Shown: positions 50,838-61,789 of the stretch, one piece after another
How the letters are laid out: each line of letters opens with the position of its first letter
How positions within the stretch are numbered: the first letter of the stretch is position 1
Assembly: GCA_030390025.1 (NCBI GenBank)
Contig: CM059426.1
Span: forward strand, 173,910,001-173,974,000
From: Squalus acanthias
Lineage: Eukaryota
DNA length: 64,000 nucleotides
Direction of reading: 5' to 3'
Notes under the pieces: model-generated
Seen by the model: only the letters and a program-made list of their open reading frames with translations
Database searches by the model: none
Told to the model about the DNA's origin: nothing
Program-made: the position numbers and the translations under genes

Positions 50838-50982
50838 CCACCTGCCCCTTCAACCACCGTCTGCCCCACCTGTGACAGAGACTGTAGGTCCCGCATTGAA
50901 CTCATCAGTCACCTAAGAACTCATTTTAATGTGGAAGCAAGTCAACCTCGGTTCCAAGGGACTGCCTAAGAAGAAGAAGAAG
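50838..50982 (+). mobile_element. RTE LINE 3' tip
   Basis: Matches the reverse complement of about 56945-57082; (AAG)n tail. Confidence 0.85.
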
Positions 50983-51421
50983 GATTTGTCAGCAAAGTTG
51001 CAGATGCAAGTTTAAAGGGATCTACAAACAACTCCAACTAACCAGATAGATGCCTTTTGAGAAACTGGGCATCAGGTGAACAGATACGGCCGTACAGCTG
51101 AAGCTGCCGTGTCCAACTAAACAAGGCAGATTTACTGCCAATGCCAAGCCCAAAACCACATACTATAACCATGGTGGTGAAAACCCACTCACCAAAGGTG
51201 TAGTCACATGGACTTACTGAAAAGGCAACAATTTTTCAAGAGTCTGCAAATCCGAAGGAATTCAACCAAAGAAACACACAAGACAAAGAAAAGCATGCAT
51301 AGCCCGGCACCGTGTAACATGTCCAGCCTGATGAAAATGAAATAAGATGGTTTTCCAATTTAACCTTCTTTTAAAAAGACAAGCATTTCGTATAAGAGTA
51401 TAAACATTTGAAAGTAGACAG

Positions 51422-54400
51422 TGTCGTAAGAATGAGCCTTACGCGTGGTGAACTTAAAGTAAGCTTTAATCAACTAAAAAGGTGCTACATACAAAAGAGG
51501 TCTTACTCTATGCCTCTCCAGGATCCAACTGATCAGTCCAGTATTTATCCTGGACTAATCACAGGAAGTGATGCAATAAAGTTCGAGTCACAGGAAGCTG
51601 TATTGTGTTACCACATTCTCCCCCCCCAAAAGATTAGGAGGCCGGGATGAAGTTCGAGTCACAGGAAGCTGTATTGTGTTACCACATTCTCCCTCCATTT
51701 CGTAGCCGCTGGACGAGGGAGAGTCGCACCCGTTTGGGTTCTCGTAGCGGTAGAGGGCCCCTAGCCCGTTTATCCGCTGCGGGCCATGGACCAGAGTCCG
51801 AGTGATCCAGCCCGCTCTGTGAGGGGTCAGGACGATCCTGACTGTGTACTGGTGCCCGAACGGGTGTCGGGCAGGGCTGTGGCAGATCCGTTTCCAAGCG
51901 TATGGTACGGGGTGGATCGTGGCTGCGCGTGCGAGCCCCGACGGGCTCATAGTCAGTCTGCCCCAGGTCGGCACGCTGGAGTGAGGTACCAGCCGGTGTC
52001 AGATCCAGATCGTGATGAGAGGCACCTGGCGAGCCCAGAGATGTGCCTGGTACAATATCATCCCCTGGTGTCCCTCTATGTTTCGGCGGGCAGGGAGCCA
52101 GATCCCGCAATGACACGGTAGATTCCCGACCGTCAGGATACCGAATATAGGCGTAGGTAGGGTTGACGTCAGTGAGCTCAACTCATCTACCAGGGGGTCA
52201 TTCTTAGACGCACGGACATATCTTCGGAGTAGCACTGGTCCCGGTGCAGTCAGCCACGACGGGAGAGATATCCCATAGGATGAGCGACGCTGAAATCGGA
52301 AGAACCGTTCATGAGGCGTCGTATTTGTGGTGGTCGAAAGGAGGGACCGTGTGGAGTGTAATGCATCTGGAAGTACTGCTTCCCATTGCTGGTTGGGTAG
52401 GCCCCGAGATCTCAAAGCCAGACGTACCGCATTCCAGATGATAGCGTTAAAACGCTCGACTTGCCCATTCCCGACCGGATGATAAGGCGTTGTTTTGCTG
52501 GCAGCAATACCCCGTTCCGAGAGATAGGCCTTGAGTTCTCCTGACATAAAAGAAGGGCCCCGATCCGAATGAACATAGGATGCCATGCCACAGAAAGCAA
52601 ATACCTGCTCAAGGCAGCTGATAACCGTGGTCGTCAGCATATTGGGGCAGGGAAAGGCAAAGGGAAAACGGGAATACTCATCGACCATGGTCAATAGATA
52701 AGTGTTGCGAGTTGAAGAGGGCAACGGCCCCTTAAAATCGATGCTAAGCCGTTGCATTGGCTGGGTCGCATGTATGAGTATACCACCCGAGGGGCGGAAA
52801 AACCGAGGTTTCAATTCCGCACAGACTCTGCAGTCCGAGCACATCTTCTTTACATCCCCGGTAGATAATGGGAGATTTCGGGACCGCACGAAGTGTAGCA
52901 TGCGAGTAACGCCCGGATGACACAACCCATCATGGATGTCTACGAGCATAGAGGGTGCCATGGCGGAGCAGAATGCTCGTTTAAGGGTATCCGGAGCCAC
53001 ATTCTCCTTGCCAGGTCGATAGTGGATGGTGTAACCAAAAGAGGCCAATTCCAGCCACCAAAGCTGGATTTTATTATTTTTAATTTTGGTCCGTTTTCGA
53101 TTATCGAGCATGAAGGCGACCGATCGCTGGTCCGTGATTAAGGTAAAGTGCTGGCAAGTTAGGAGATGACTCCACTTCCGTACTGCCTCTATGATGGCTG
53201 TAGCTTCTTTCTCGACTGGAGGATAATGTAGCTCAGCCCCTTGAAAAGTCCTGGACAAAAATGCCACCGGACGACCTTCCTGATTCAGAGTGGCCGAGAT
53301 CGCCACCTCCGAGGCATCACACTCAACGACAAAAGGAAGACTCTCATCGATGGAGTGAAGAGTCGCTTTCTCCAACTGTTTTTTCAGGAGGTTAAAGGCT
53401 GCAACAGCCGCTGTGTCTAGTGGGAATGTGCTGGCCTTCAGTAGAGTTTGGATTCGGTCCGAGAAGTTAGGAATCCATTTAGCATAGTATGCAAACAGGC
53501 CGAGGGCCCGGCACAAGGAGGCCAGATTCTTAGGTGGCGGGAGTTCTTGGAGTGGGCGAAGCCTTTCAGGGTCAGGTTTAATGATGCCATTGCCCACACA
53601 ATAGCCAAGGATGTTGATGGTTGGTTGTGACTCAATGGATTTAGCCGCATTTAATGTCAAATTACGGTGCTGGAGTGCATCCCAAAATCGTTGGAGATTG
53701 GCGTCATGTTCCCGCTGATTGCGACCTGCGACAGTAATATTGTCCAGATAAGGAAACGTATCCTTCAAGTCTTCCTGTTTCACCAGGTCATCCATTGCTC
53801 GCTGGAAGACAGCCACTCCATTAGTGACCCCAAAGGGGAGGCGACGAAATTGATACAGCCGTCCATTGGCTTCAAAGGCCGTATACTGCTTGTCTGAGAC
53901 CTTCAAGGATACCTGATGATAGGCACTTTTTAGATCATATGTTGAGAACACCGTGTACTCAGCCAATTTATTAACCATATCATCGATGCGTGGCAATGGG
54001 TATGCATCCAAGTCCGTATATTGATTGATGGTCTGTGAATAGTCAATGCACAGCCGTTTCTTGTGAGGTTGTAGAGGGTTCTTAACAATAACGACCTGGG
54101 CGCGCCATGGCGACGAACAAGGCTCGATGATATCCTCTGCTAAAAGCCAAGAAATCTCAGCCGCAATAAAAGACTGGTCTTCCTGACTGAAACGTCGTGA
54201 CTTTGTTATAATCGGTTTGCATCGAGGAGGGATACTGGAAAACAGTGAGGGTTCATCCAGTGAAGCTGCTGACAATGCACAGAACGGTAATCGAGGTAGT
54301 ATATTAGAAATAGTGAGTTCAGGTTTGGATCCGCCGAACTCAATGGTGAGCTTCTTATGCTGCTTTTGAAAATCCAGCCCTAAGATAAGATCACTACATA

Positions 54401-55888
54401 AGTCCTTGAGCACCGAAAGCCGGGTGGAGGGATACCTGCGACCATTAAGTGTTATTTCAACCATACAAAAGCCAGAAATTCTGGTATTAAGTGATGACTG
54501 AGCCATCGCAACTGCCTGGTCCGATGGGAAAACATGTAGCTTTAACTCCGCAACAATCTGTTCCCTAATGAAACTATCAGTGCTACCTGAGTCAATTAAG
54601 GCATCTAAAGTATGTCCATTAATTGATGCTTTTGTAGCTGCATGGAATAGGTTCTGAGGACAAGCAGCTGTAATTGGTGTCGTTGCACAAAGAGTGGCTG
54701 AAACTCTAGGTGTGTTTCTTCGAGAGGAAGCACGATAGATTTTAGCCGGAACATCTTGATAGGCCCTTACCGGGACAGTTCGGTAGGACTTAGCTTGATA
54801 AGCCCTCGTAGAGGCTCTTGATAGGCAAACCTTTGCAAAATGACCCTTTTTGTTGCAATGACTGCAAAACGCATTGCGAGCAGGGCAGAATTTCCGAGGG
54901 TGGAACTCATCACCACAAAAGAAGCATTTCTTAGATTGCCAAGAGGCTGCCACAGTGGGGTCATCATCCTCTTCATCAGTGAAGTCATCAGATTGATCGT
55001 CAGGGATAAAGACCTCCCTAATAGAGTTCACCTGTGGCCTCTTAAATTGCCTGACTGTAGTTAAGGCAGTAGACTGAGGTCTGGGCACTGTATAAAGGTC
55101 TGCATTCCTTTTTGCCAGATCTAGAGAGCAAGCCAGGTCATAAGCTTTCTGAAGCTCAAGTGTCTTACTTTCCAGTAGACGCTGGCGTATAAATGGGGAG
55201 GCAAGCCCGCAGATGAAATCATCACGGATCATTTCTTCACGGTACAGCTCAGCTGAGGCCGCCCGAAAGTTACAGTCCATACTAAGTCTGCGAAGCTCTT
55301 GGAGGAATTTATCAATGGATTCCTCCGGCCCTTGTTGGGCTGTAGCAAGTAGATGTCTGGCATAGACCTCATTCGGTGTCTTAGTATATAGTCTCTTAAG
55401 CGTCCGAATTGCCTCCTCGTAACTGTCCCATTTCTCCACATACTGAAATACATTCGGGGTGACACAGTTGATGAGTATCCGCAACTTTGAGTTATCATCA
55501 GCCTTACAATATTCAAGAAAATTGTCAAACGTGCGATACCAGTGTTTCCACACCTTACTGGCTGCTGGGGTGTTTGGGTCCAAGTCAAGACGCGATGGTT
55601 TAAGGATGTTTTCCATGATGGGTGATTCCCTGGATCCTTAGTTCCGAGTTCGTCCAAAAAGTTTGAGTGCGAAGTTTTCCAAAGTTGATTAAATTGTCGT
55701 AAGAATGAGCCTTACGCGTGGTGAACTTAAAGTAAGCTTTAATCAACTAAAAAGGTGCTACATACAAAAGAGGTCTTACTCTATGCCTCTCCAGGATCCA
55801 ACTGATCAGTCCAGTATTTATCCTGGACTAATCACAGGAAGTGATGCAATAAAGTTCGAGTCACAGGAAGCTGTATTGTGTTACCACA
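51422..55888 (-). mobile_element. Full-length Gypsy/Ty3 LTR retrotransposon (4467 bp)
   Basis: Identical 194-bp TG..CA LTRs (51422-51615, 55695-55888); 5-bp TSD GACAG; PPT GGGGGGGGAGAA next to the 3' LTR. Confidence 0.97.
51999..55616 (-). CDS. Gag-Pol polyprotein (Gag with two CCHC knuckles, protease, RT, RNase H, integrase); 1205 aa
   Basis: CFFC..H..C and CSHCNKKGHFAKVC, LIDSGS, YLDN, ECDASE, H..H..C..C, IDFKGP/SDRG/VERFN in Gypsy order. A probable 1-nt deletion at about 52181 shifts the C-terminus. Confidence 0.95.
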   Translation of the reverse strand: MENILKPSRLDLDPNTPAASKVWKHWYRTFDNFLEYCKADDNSKLRILINCVTPNVFQYVEKWDSYEEAIRTLKRLYTKTPNEVYARHLLATAQQGPEESIDKFLQELRRLSMDCNFRAASAELYREEMIRDDFICGLASPFIRQRLLESKTLELQKAYDLACSLDLAKRNADLYTVPRPQSTALTTVRQFKRPQVNSIREVFIPDDQSDDFTDEEDDDPTVAASWQSKKCFFCGDEFHPRKFCPARNAFCSHCNKKGHFAKVCLSRASTRAYQAKSYRTVPVRAYQDVPAKIYRASSRRNTPRVSATLCATTPITAACPQNLFHAATKASINGHTLDALIDSGSTDSFIREQIVAELKLHVFPSDQAVAMAQSSLNTRISGFCMVEITLNGRRYPSTRLSVLKDLCSDLILGLDFQKQHKKLTIEFGGSKPELTISNILPRLPFCALSAASLDEPSLFSSIPPRCKPIITKSRRFSQEDQSFIAAEISWLLAEDIIEPCSSPWRAQVVIVKNPLQPHKKRLCIDYSQTINQYTDLDAYPLPRIDDMVNKLAEYTVFSTYDLKSAYHQVSLKVSDKQYTAFEANGRLYQFRRLPFGVTNGVAVFQRAMDDLVKQEDLKDTFPYLDNITVAGRNQREHDANLQRFWDALQHRNLTLNAAKSIESQPTINILGYCVGNGIIKPDPERLRPLQELPPPKNLASLCRALGLFAYYAKWIPNFSDRIQTLLKASTFPLDTAAVAAFNLLKKQLEKATLHSIDESLPFVVECDASEVAISATLNQEGRPVAFLSRTFQGAELHYPPVEKEATAIIEAVRKWSHLLTCQHFTLITDQRSVAFMLDNRKRTKIKNNKIQLWWLELASFGYTIHYRPGKENVAPDTLKRAFCSAMAPSMLVDIHDGLCHPGVTRMLHFVRSRNLPLSTGDVKKMCSDCRVCAELKPRFFRPSGGILIHATQPMQRLSIDFKGPLPSSTRNTYLLTMVDEYSRFPFAFPCPNMLTTTVISCLEQVFAFCGMASYVHSDRGPSFMSGELKAYLSERGIAASKTTPYHPVGNGQVERFNAIIWNAVRLALRSRGLPNQQWEAVLPDALHSTRSLLSTTTNTTPHERFFRFQRRSSYGISLPSWLTAPGPVLLRRYVRASKNDPLVDELSSLTSTLPTPIFGILTVGNLPCHCGIWLPARRNIEGHQGMILYQAHLWARQVPLITIWI

Positions 55889-56274
55889 GACAGCATTTTC
55901 AGCCAGTTTTTGTTTCCACTTGTCTGGTCTTCTAAAAATTACCTGAAATATTTTCTCAGGAATTGAGCACCACTCTTTAAAAAGTCCTAATTTTCTAGTT
56001 TAAGAATGTGTCAGAGTTTCGTGTGATCTTCACCTGACCAAGTAAAAATAAAAATATCATTCAAATTATTGGTGTTTCTGTGTCAAGAGATCAAATATTC
56101 ATTAGTACTGATGCAGGAACATTAGTCAACCAAAAATAGAAAGGTTGAATGCTCAAAATATCAAAGACGTAAAAAGAAAAGGCCATTAGATCCAGCTAGG
56201 GTTACCACCTGGCCATTTTTCACCAACTCATCCAGCCATGTTTTTGAGATAATCTCTGATGCCCCGATCTCACT

Positions 56275-56770
56275 AATACGATAGCAAAATACTGCGGATG
56301 CTGGAAATCCGAAATAACAGAAAACGCTGGAAAAACTCAGCAGGCCAGACAACATCCGTGGAGAGAGAAAGAGAGTTAACGTTTCAGGTCGATGACCTTT
56401 CGTCAGAACTGGAAAGAGCCGGAAATCAAATAGATTTAAGGCCAGGATAAAGCTGGGAAAAGGGGGAGGGGGATAAAGGAACAAAGGGGGAGATAAAGAG
56501 ACATTAAGAGATATGCAAGACTAGAGGTGGTGTTAATGTGACAGGTTAAGGCTGAAAGAAGTGTGAAATGCACTGGCAGAATGAAGGACAGCTGCCAGCT
56601 TCTAGGAGGAAAAAAAAGTGGGGGGGGGGTCAAATAAAAGGGTGGATGAAAAAATAAAATATAAATGTGATTGGAGCGGAGGTTATGATCTAAAATTGTT
56701 GAACTCGATATTGAGTCCAGAGGGCTGTAGCGTGCCTAAACGAAAGATGAGGTGCTGTTCCTCGAGCTTA
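56275..56770 (-). mobile_element. 5'-truncated Penelope-like element with TSD
   Basis: Encodes KLEEQHLIFRLGTLQPSGLNIEFNNFRS-stop; 13-bp TSD CCCCGATCTCACT at 56262-56274 and 56771-56783. Confidence 0.85.
56374..56410 (-). ncRNA. Minimal type I hammerhead ribozyme motif
   Basis: agtt-CTGACGA-a-AGGTC-atc-GACCT-GAAA-CG-TT-aact. Confidence 0.75.
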
Positions 56771-56938
56771 CCCCGATCTCACTGTTTTTCTCAGCTGCGA
56801 TTTTCAAAATCACCACTAGATGGCAACAAGTATTTATTAAACATAAAACCAAGCTTCCGAGAAAAACGCCCTTGGGCAAATTTGGTCATATTTTAATGCC
56901 AGCTCAAGTATTAGAGTCCCTGGGTAATGGGTTTAAAT

Positions 56939-57884
56939 CTTCTCCTTCTTAGGCAGTCCCTCGGAACCGAGGATGACTTGCTTCCACATTAAAAATGAGT
57001 TCTTAGGTGACTGATGAGTCCAATGCAGGACCTACAGTCTCTGTCACAGGTGGGGCAGACGGTGGTTGAAGGGGCAGGTGGGTGAGGTGCTTGGATTGAC
57101 GTGCGCTCCTTCCGCTGTTTGCGCTTAGCTTCCGCTTGCTCCCGGCGAAGAGACTCGAGGTGCTCGGCGCCTTCCCGGATGCTTCTCCTCCACTTTGTGC
57201 GGTCTTGGGCCAGGGATTCCCAGGTGTTACACTTTTTCAAGGAGGCTTTGAGGGTGTCCTTGAAGCGTTTCCTCTGCCCACCTGGGGCTCTCTTGCCGTG
57301 CCGGAGCTCCGAGTAGAGCGCTTGTTTTGGGAGTCTCATATCGGGCATGCGGACAATGTGACCCGTCCATCGGAGCTGATCGAGCGTGGTCAAAGCTTCA
57401 ATGCTGGGGTTTTTTGGCCTGAGCAAGAACACTGACGTTGGTGCGCCTATCCTGTCAATGGATTTGCAGGATCTTGCGGAGGCAGCGTTGGTGGTACCTC
57501 TCCAGTGCTTTGAGGTGCCTGCTGTACATGGTCCATGTCTCTGAGGCATACAGCAGGGCGGGTATCACTGCTGCTCTGTAGACCATGAGCTTGGTGCTGG
57601 GTTTGAGGTCCTGGTCTTCAAACACTCTCTTCCTCAGGCGACCGAAGGCTGCACTGGCACACTGAAGGCAGTGTTGGACTTCGTCATCGACGTCTGCCCT
57701 TGTTGACAGTAGGCTCCCGAGGTATGGAAAGTGGTCCACATTGTCCAAGGCCTTCTCGTGGATTTTGATAATCGGGGGGCAGTACTGTGTGGCGGGGGCA
57801 GGTTGGTAGAAGACCTTTGTCTTACGGATGTTTAGTGTAAGGCCCATGCTCTCGTACGCTTCGGTGAAGGTGTTGACGATGGTT
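56939..57884 (-). mobile_element. 5'-truncated RTE-clade LINE
   Basis: GLTLNIRKTKV, FPYLGS, QLRWTGHIVRM and a C-terminal CPTC..H..H motif; (AAG) tail; TSD TGGGTTTAAAT at 56928-56938 and 57885-57895. Confidence 0.92.
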
Positions 57885-58204
57885 TGGGTTTAAATATCTG
57901 AGTAATTACTCTATGCTGGTTAGGGCTTGAAGTAAAGCATTGCATATATACATTCCGTGCAGAGTTGTTAAATAGTGACTCCAAAAGGTAATTTGGTGCA
58001 GTTTCATAATAACGGATCAAACATTAAATTATTAAATGTGATTTAAAAAGTGCCCGGTGTGATCACTCTATGCAAACACTTCAGATACAAATATTTTACA
58101 AATTCCTTTCAATGTCCATACAGTATATCCACAATAGTATTTTTATTACAATCTGAATTTGGTCTTAGACTTACCTTACCTCCCTATTTTTCTTACCAAA
58201 ATGT

Positions 58205-58676
58205 AAGAAAAAGAAAAGACTTGCATTTATACAGCACCTTTCATGACCACCGAACGTCTCAAAGCGCTTTACAGCCACTGAAATACTTTTGAAGTGGAGT
58301 CACTGTTGTAATGTGGGAAACACGGCAGCCAAATTGCACACAGCAAGCTCCCACAAACAGCAATGTGATAATGACCAGATAATCTGTTTTTGTTATGTTG
58401 GTTGAGGGATAAATACTGGCCAGGACACCAGGGATAACTCCCCTGCTCTTCTTCGAAATAGTGCCATGGGATCTTTTACGTCCACCTGAGAGAGCAGACG
58501 GGGCCTCGGTTTAACGTCTCATCCGAAAGACGGCACCTCCGACAGTGCAGCACTCCCTCAGCACTGCACTGGAGAGTCAGCCTAGCTTTATGTGCTCAAG
58601 TCCCTGGAGTGGGACCTGAACCCACAACCTTCTGACTCAGAGGTGAGTGTGCTACCAACTGAGCCACAGCTGACAC
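58205..58676 (-). mobile_element. Full-length tRNA-derived Deu-domain SINE (SacSINE1-like)
   Basis: A box tggctcagttgg, B box ggttcaggtccc, Deu-like core gatgagacgttaaaccgaggcccc...aaagatcccatggcactatttcgaagaagag, L2-like tail. Family name is from recall. Confidence 0.82.
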
Positions 58677-58679
58677 TAA

Positions 58680-59900
58680 TACTTCACATTTATTTGTGTT
58701 GAAATTTATTTGCCAATTATATGCCCATTCTGCAAGTTTATTAATGTCCTCTTGTAATTTGTTGCAATCATCCTCAGTATTGACTAACTCCCTAATTTGG
58801 TGTCATCACAAATTTAGAAATTGTATTTTTGATTCCAAAGTCTAAATCGTTAATATAAATTGTGAACAACAGTGGCCCCAGCACTGATCCTTGTAGAACA
58901 CCACTACCCACCTTCTGCCACTGTGAATAGCTACCCTTTACCCCTACTCTCTGCTTTCTGCCTTGACTTTAGCTAGTTATCCATTCTGCTTCTTGTCCCC
59001 TGAATCCACATTCTCTGACCTTATTCGTTAATCTATTATGTGGTACTTTATCAAAGGCCTTTTGAAAATCTAGATAAATGACATCTACCGCATTACCCTT
59101 GTCTATTCTCTCTGTTACTTCTTCAAAAAATTCAATGAGGTTGGTCAAGCAACACTTTCCCTTTTGAAATCCATGCTGACTATTCATTATTATATTTTTG
59201 ATTTCTAGATGTTCTTCTATTTTCTCCTTTTGTAGGGATTCCATTATTTTTCCTACCACTGATGTTAAACTGACTGGTCTATAGTTCCCTGGACATGTTC
59301 TATCCCCCTTCTTAAATATCGGTATTACATTAGCTGTCCACCAGTCCTCTGGCCCTACACCTTGTTCTAACAAATTATTAAATATGTGTAGTAATGCATC
59401 TGCTATCTCTTCCCTAAATTCTTTTAAAATGCACGAATGTAATCCGTCCAGACCAGGGGTTTTATCCTCTTTAAGTTTGATTAATTTATTTAATATTTCT
59501 CCTCTTTTTATTTTAAATTAATCTGATTTCTAATCTCATCATCTGATGTCATGTCTGTCTCTTCTGTCTCCCTGGTAAATACTGAAGCAAAGTAATTATT
59601 TAATATTTCTGCCATCTCTCTATCACTGCCTATGAGATGATCCTGTCCATCCCTTAGTGGCCCTATTCCCATCCCGACTTTCCTTTTTTTATTGATGTGC
59701 CTGTAAAATATTTTACTATTTTGTTTTATGTTCCTTGATAATTTAATTTCATCATTCCTTTTTGCCTTCCTAATTGTCTTTGAAATTCTCTCCTAATTTC
59801 TTCGTATTCTATCTTGTCATGCTCTCCCCTGCTGACCATGTACTTAGTGTACACCTCTTTCCTTACCCTCAGTTTTTCCCTTATGTCTTTATTCATCCAT
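58680..59900 (-). mobile_element. Decayed CR1 internal fragment
   Basis: ORF 58969-59373 contains NYRPVSLTS, QHGFQKG and YLDFQKAFD. Confidence 0.9.
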
Positions 59901-60214
59901 GCTCAGGAACATTCTGGAGTTTTGTTTAATTGCCTTCAGAATATTGAAATTTACAGCTTCCGTTAGCACACCAGCACACTCTATTCCAAAACATTTGATC
60001 ATCTCCTTTCTGTTCTCCATCGCACCTTCAATTCTACTCCAAATTAGATATTAATCCATTTAAATATTTACTTTAATATTGGACTCTCACAATGTTGGGC
60101 GCCTGTTCCACATAGTATTTATCCACACGAATAGAACTAATCACTGAACTTACTTTGGACTAATTAACCTTGTACTTATGTCTTCCAGCTTTGTACTCAG
60201 AGTCCAACTTCAAT

Positions 60215-60977
60215 GGACCGGATTTTGCTATCAGCGACGAATGAATGGTGCCAGACATTTGTTACACTTACCTACAGACCTTCTGTGGGGTTTTGCACTG
60301 GAAGTTGCTGTCAGCCAACTATCAAAAAAGTGCAGTGCCCTCTACAAAGCATCTGGAACCTGTGTGAACAGAGCAAGCAACTGTGTGTCTCCTTAATCAA
60401 TCAGATTGAGAACCATTAATGAGCAACGGAGAGTCTGAACCACGAATTGTCAGTTATAATATTGAATTCAAATGTCAAATCATGTACATAAAGCAAAATA
60501 AAGAGAGGGAAAGAAAGGTTGGATTGAGAGAAATCAAAGACTGAAAGAAAAGGGTAAAAACATTTATTTAATTTTTTTGAAATCTCCAACAATAATTAAA
60601 ATCTGAAGGAATTAGACTCCACACTTGTGAAAGTTAATTTTCAGTACCATAGAGGTTGTTTGGTAGTAATTAAGGCTTATCACGCCATTAAAAGGGCACT
60701 GGAGCAGACATGCCCTAACTTTTTCCGGTGAGTTTAGTGCTTATATATCAGGTAAGTACAGCATCTACGTTCCGTTCCATGTATTTGAATAGTGAGTCAC
60801 TCAGCGAGGTACCATTATCGCACTGATTGTGAAGGAGCAGCACAACTCTGACAGCAACTTCCTGATTTACGCATTTAACCGAGTATGTACGATCGTCAGA
60901 AGTTGCTGTCCGATTTCCATGTAAATAACGGTGAGCGCTGTTAGCATCACCGTTATTTCTACCGCAAAATCCGGCCC
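60215..60977. mobile_element. 763-bp Harbinger-like MITE (different family)
   Basis: 14-bp TIR GG(A/G)CCGGATTTTGC; TSD AAT at 60212-60214 and 60978-60980. Confidence 0.8.
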
Positions 60978-61789
60978 AATAATATTGCCCAACTGTGAGT
61001 CACTGTTTACATTGTTCCAGGGAAGTGGGGTTAGTGGTCCTGGATAGGGAAATGATATGTATGACTGCTGGAAGGATTTTTGGCAAAGACATAATCAGAG
61101 ACAAGTTTTTTGGTTGGTTCCTGGAAATTCTGCACCAAAGTTTATGTAACACAGAGTAAGCATAACACACAGCATTCCTGCATTAAAAAGAGAGATTAAA
61201 AATTGAGTAAATTAACTTTTCCTCACTCAGCAGGTAAGGAATGAAATGTTCATTTCACATAATCGGTTGCATAAATAAATTAATCTGCATGTAACATGCT
61301 GGAGTTGCATAAAGAAGCAACCCACTTGTGTATATATTACAACATTTTGCTGTCAATATTGCCTGAGCTAAAGTTCAACATAACATTTCTTTTTTATATA
61401 CAAAAACCAAAATCAGTCACACTCAAAATTATTCACTCATCCTGATAATGGCCACCCTGCCCATTAATATCATTAGCTCTTTTGCAATCACTGGAAAATC
61501 TCCCGGAATGGAGGATTTTTTTCCCAGGCACAACTACTGGCAACCCAACAGAAAAGTGCTTCACAATCCCGGTTTGCGCCGATACACTTTCACTTTTCGC
61601 AGGTCAGAGATGGGCCCATTCTGTAACCAGGAAACTCACAGTATTAATGAATTCAATTTCTTGATTTCCCTGCTCCCAACACAATTCTTCCTGGCCCTAA
61701 TCTTAATGGGATCCATTCCATGATTCTTGGGCTTCATTCTGGGGCTTAATGGCAGACTGACCTACCCAGAATGCACTGCACGCACGCAG

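Noticed and set aside
58600-58676. tRNA gene
   Set aside because: It is the tRNA-derived head of a SINE, continuous with the SINE body.
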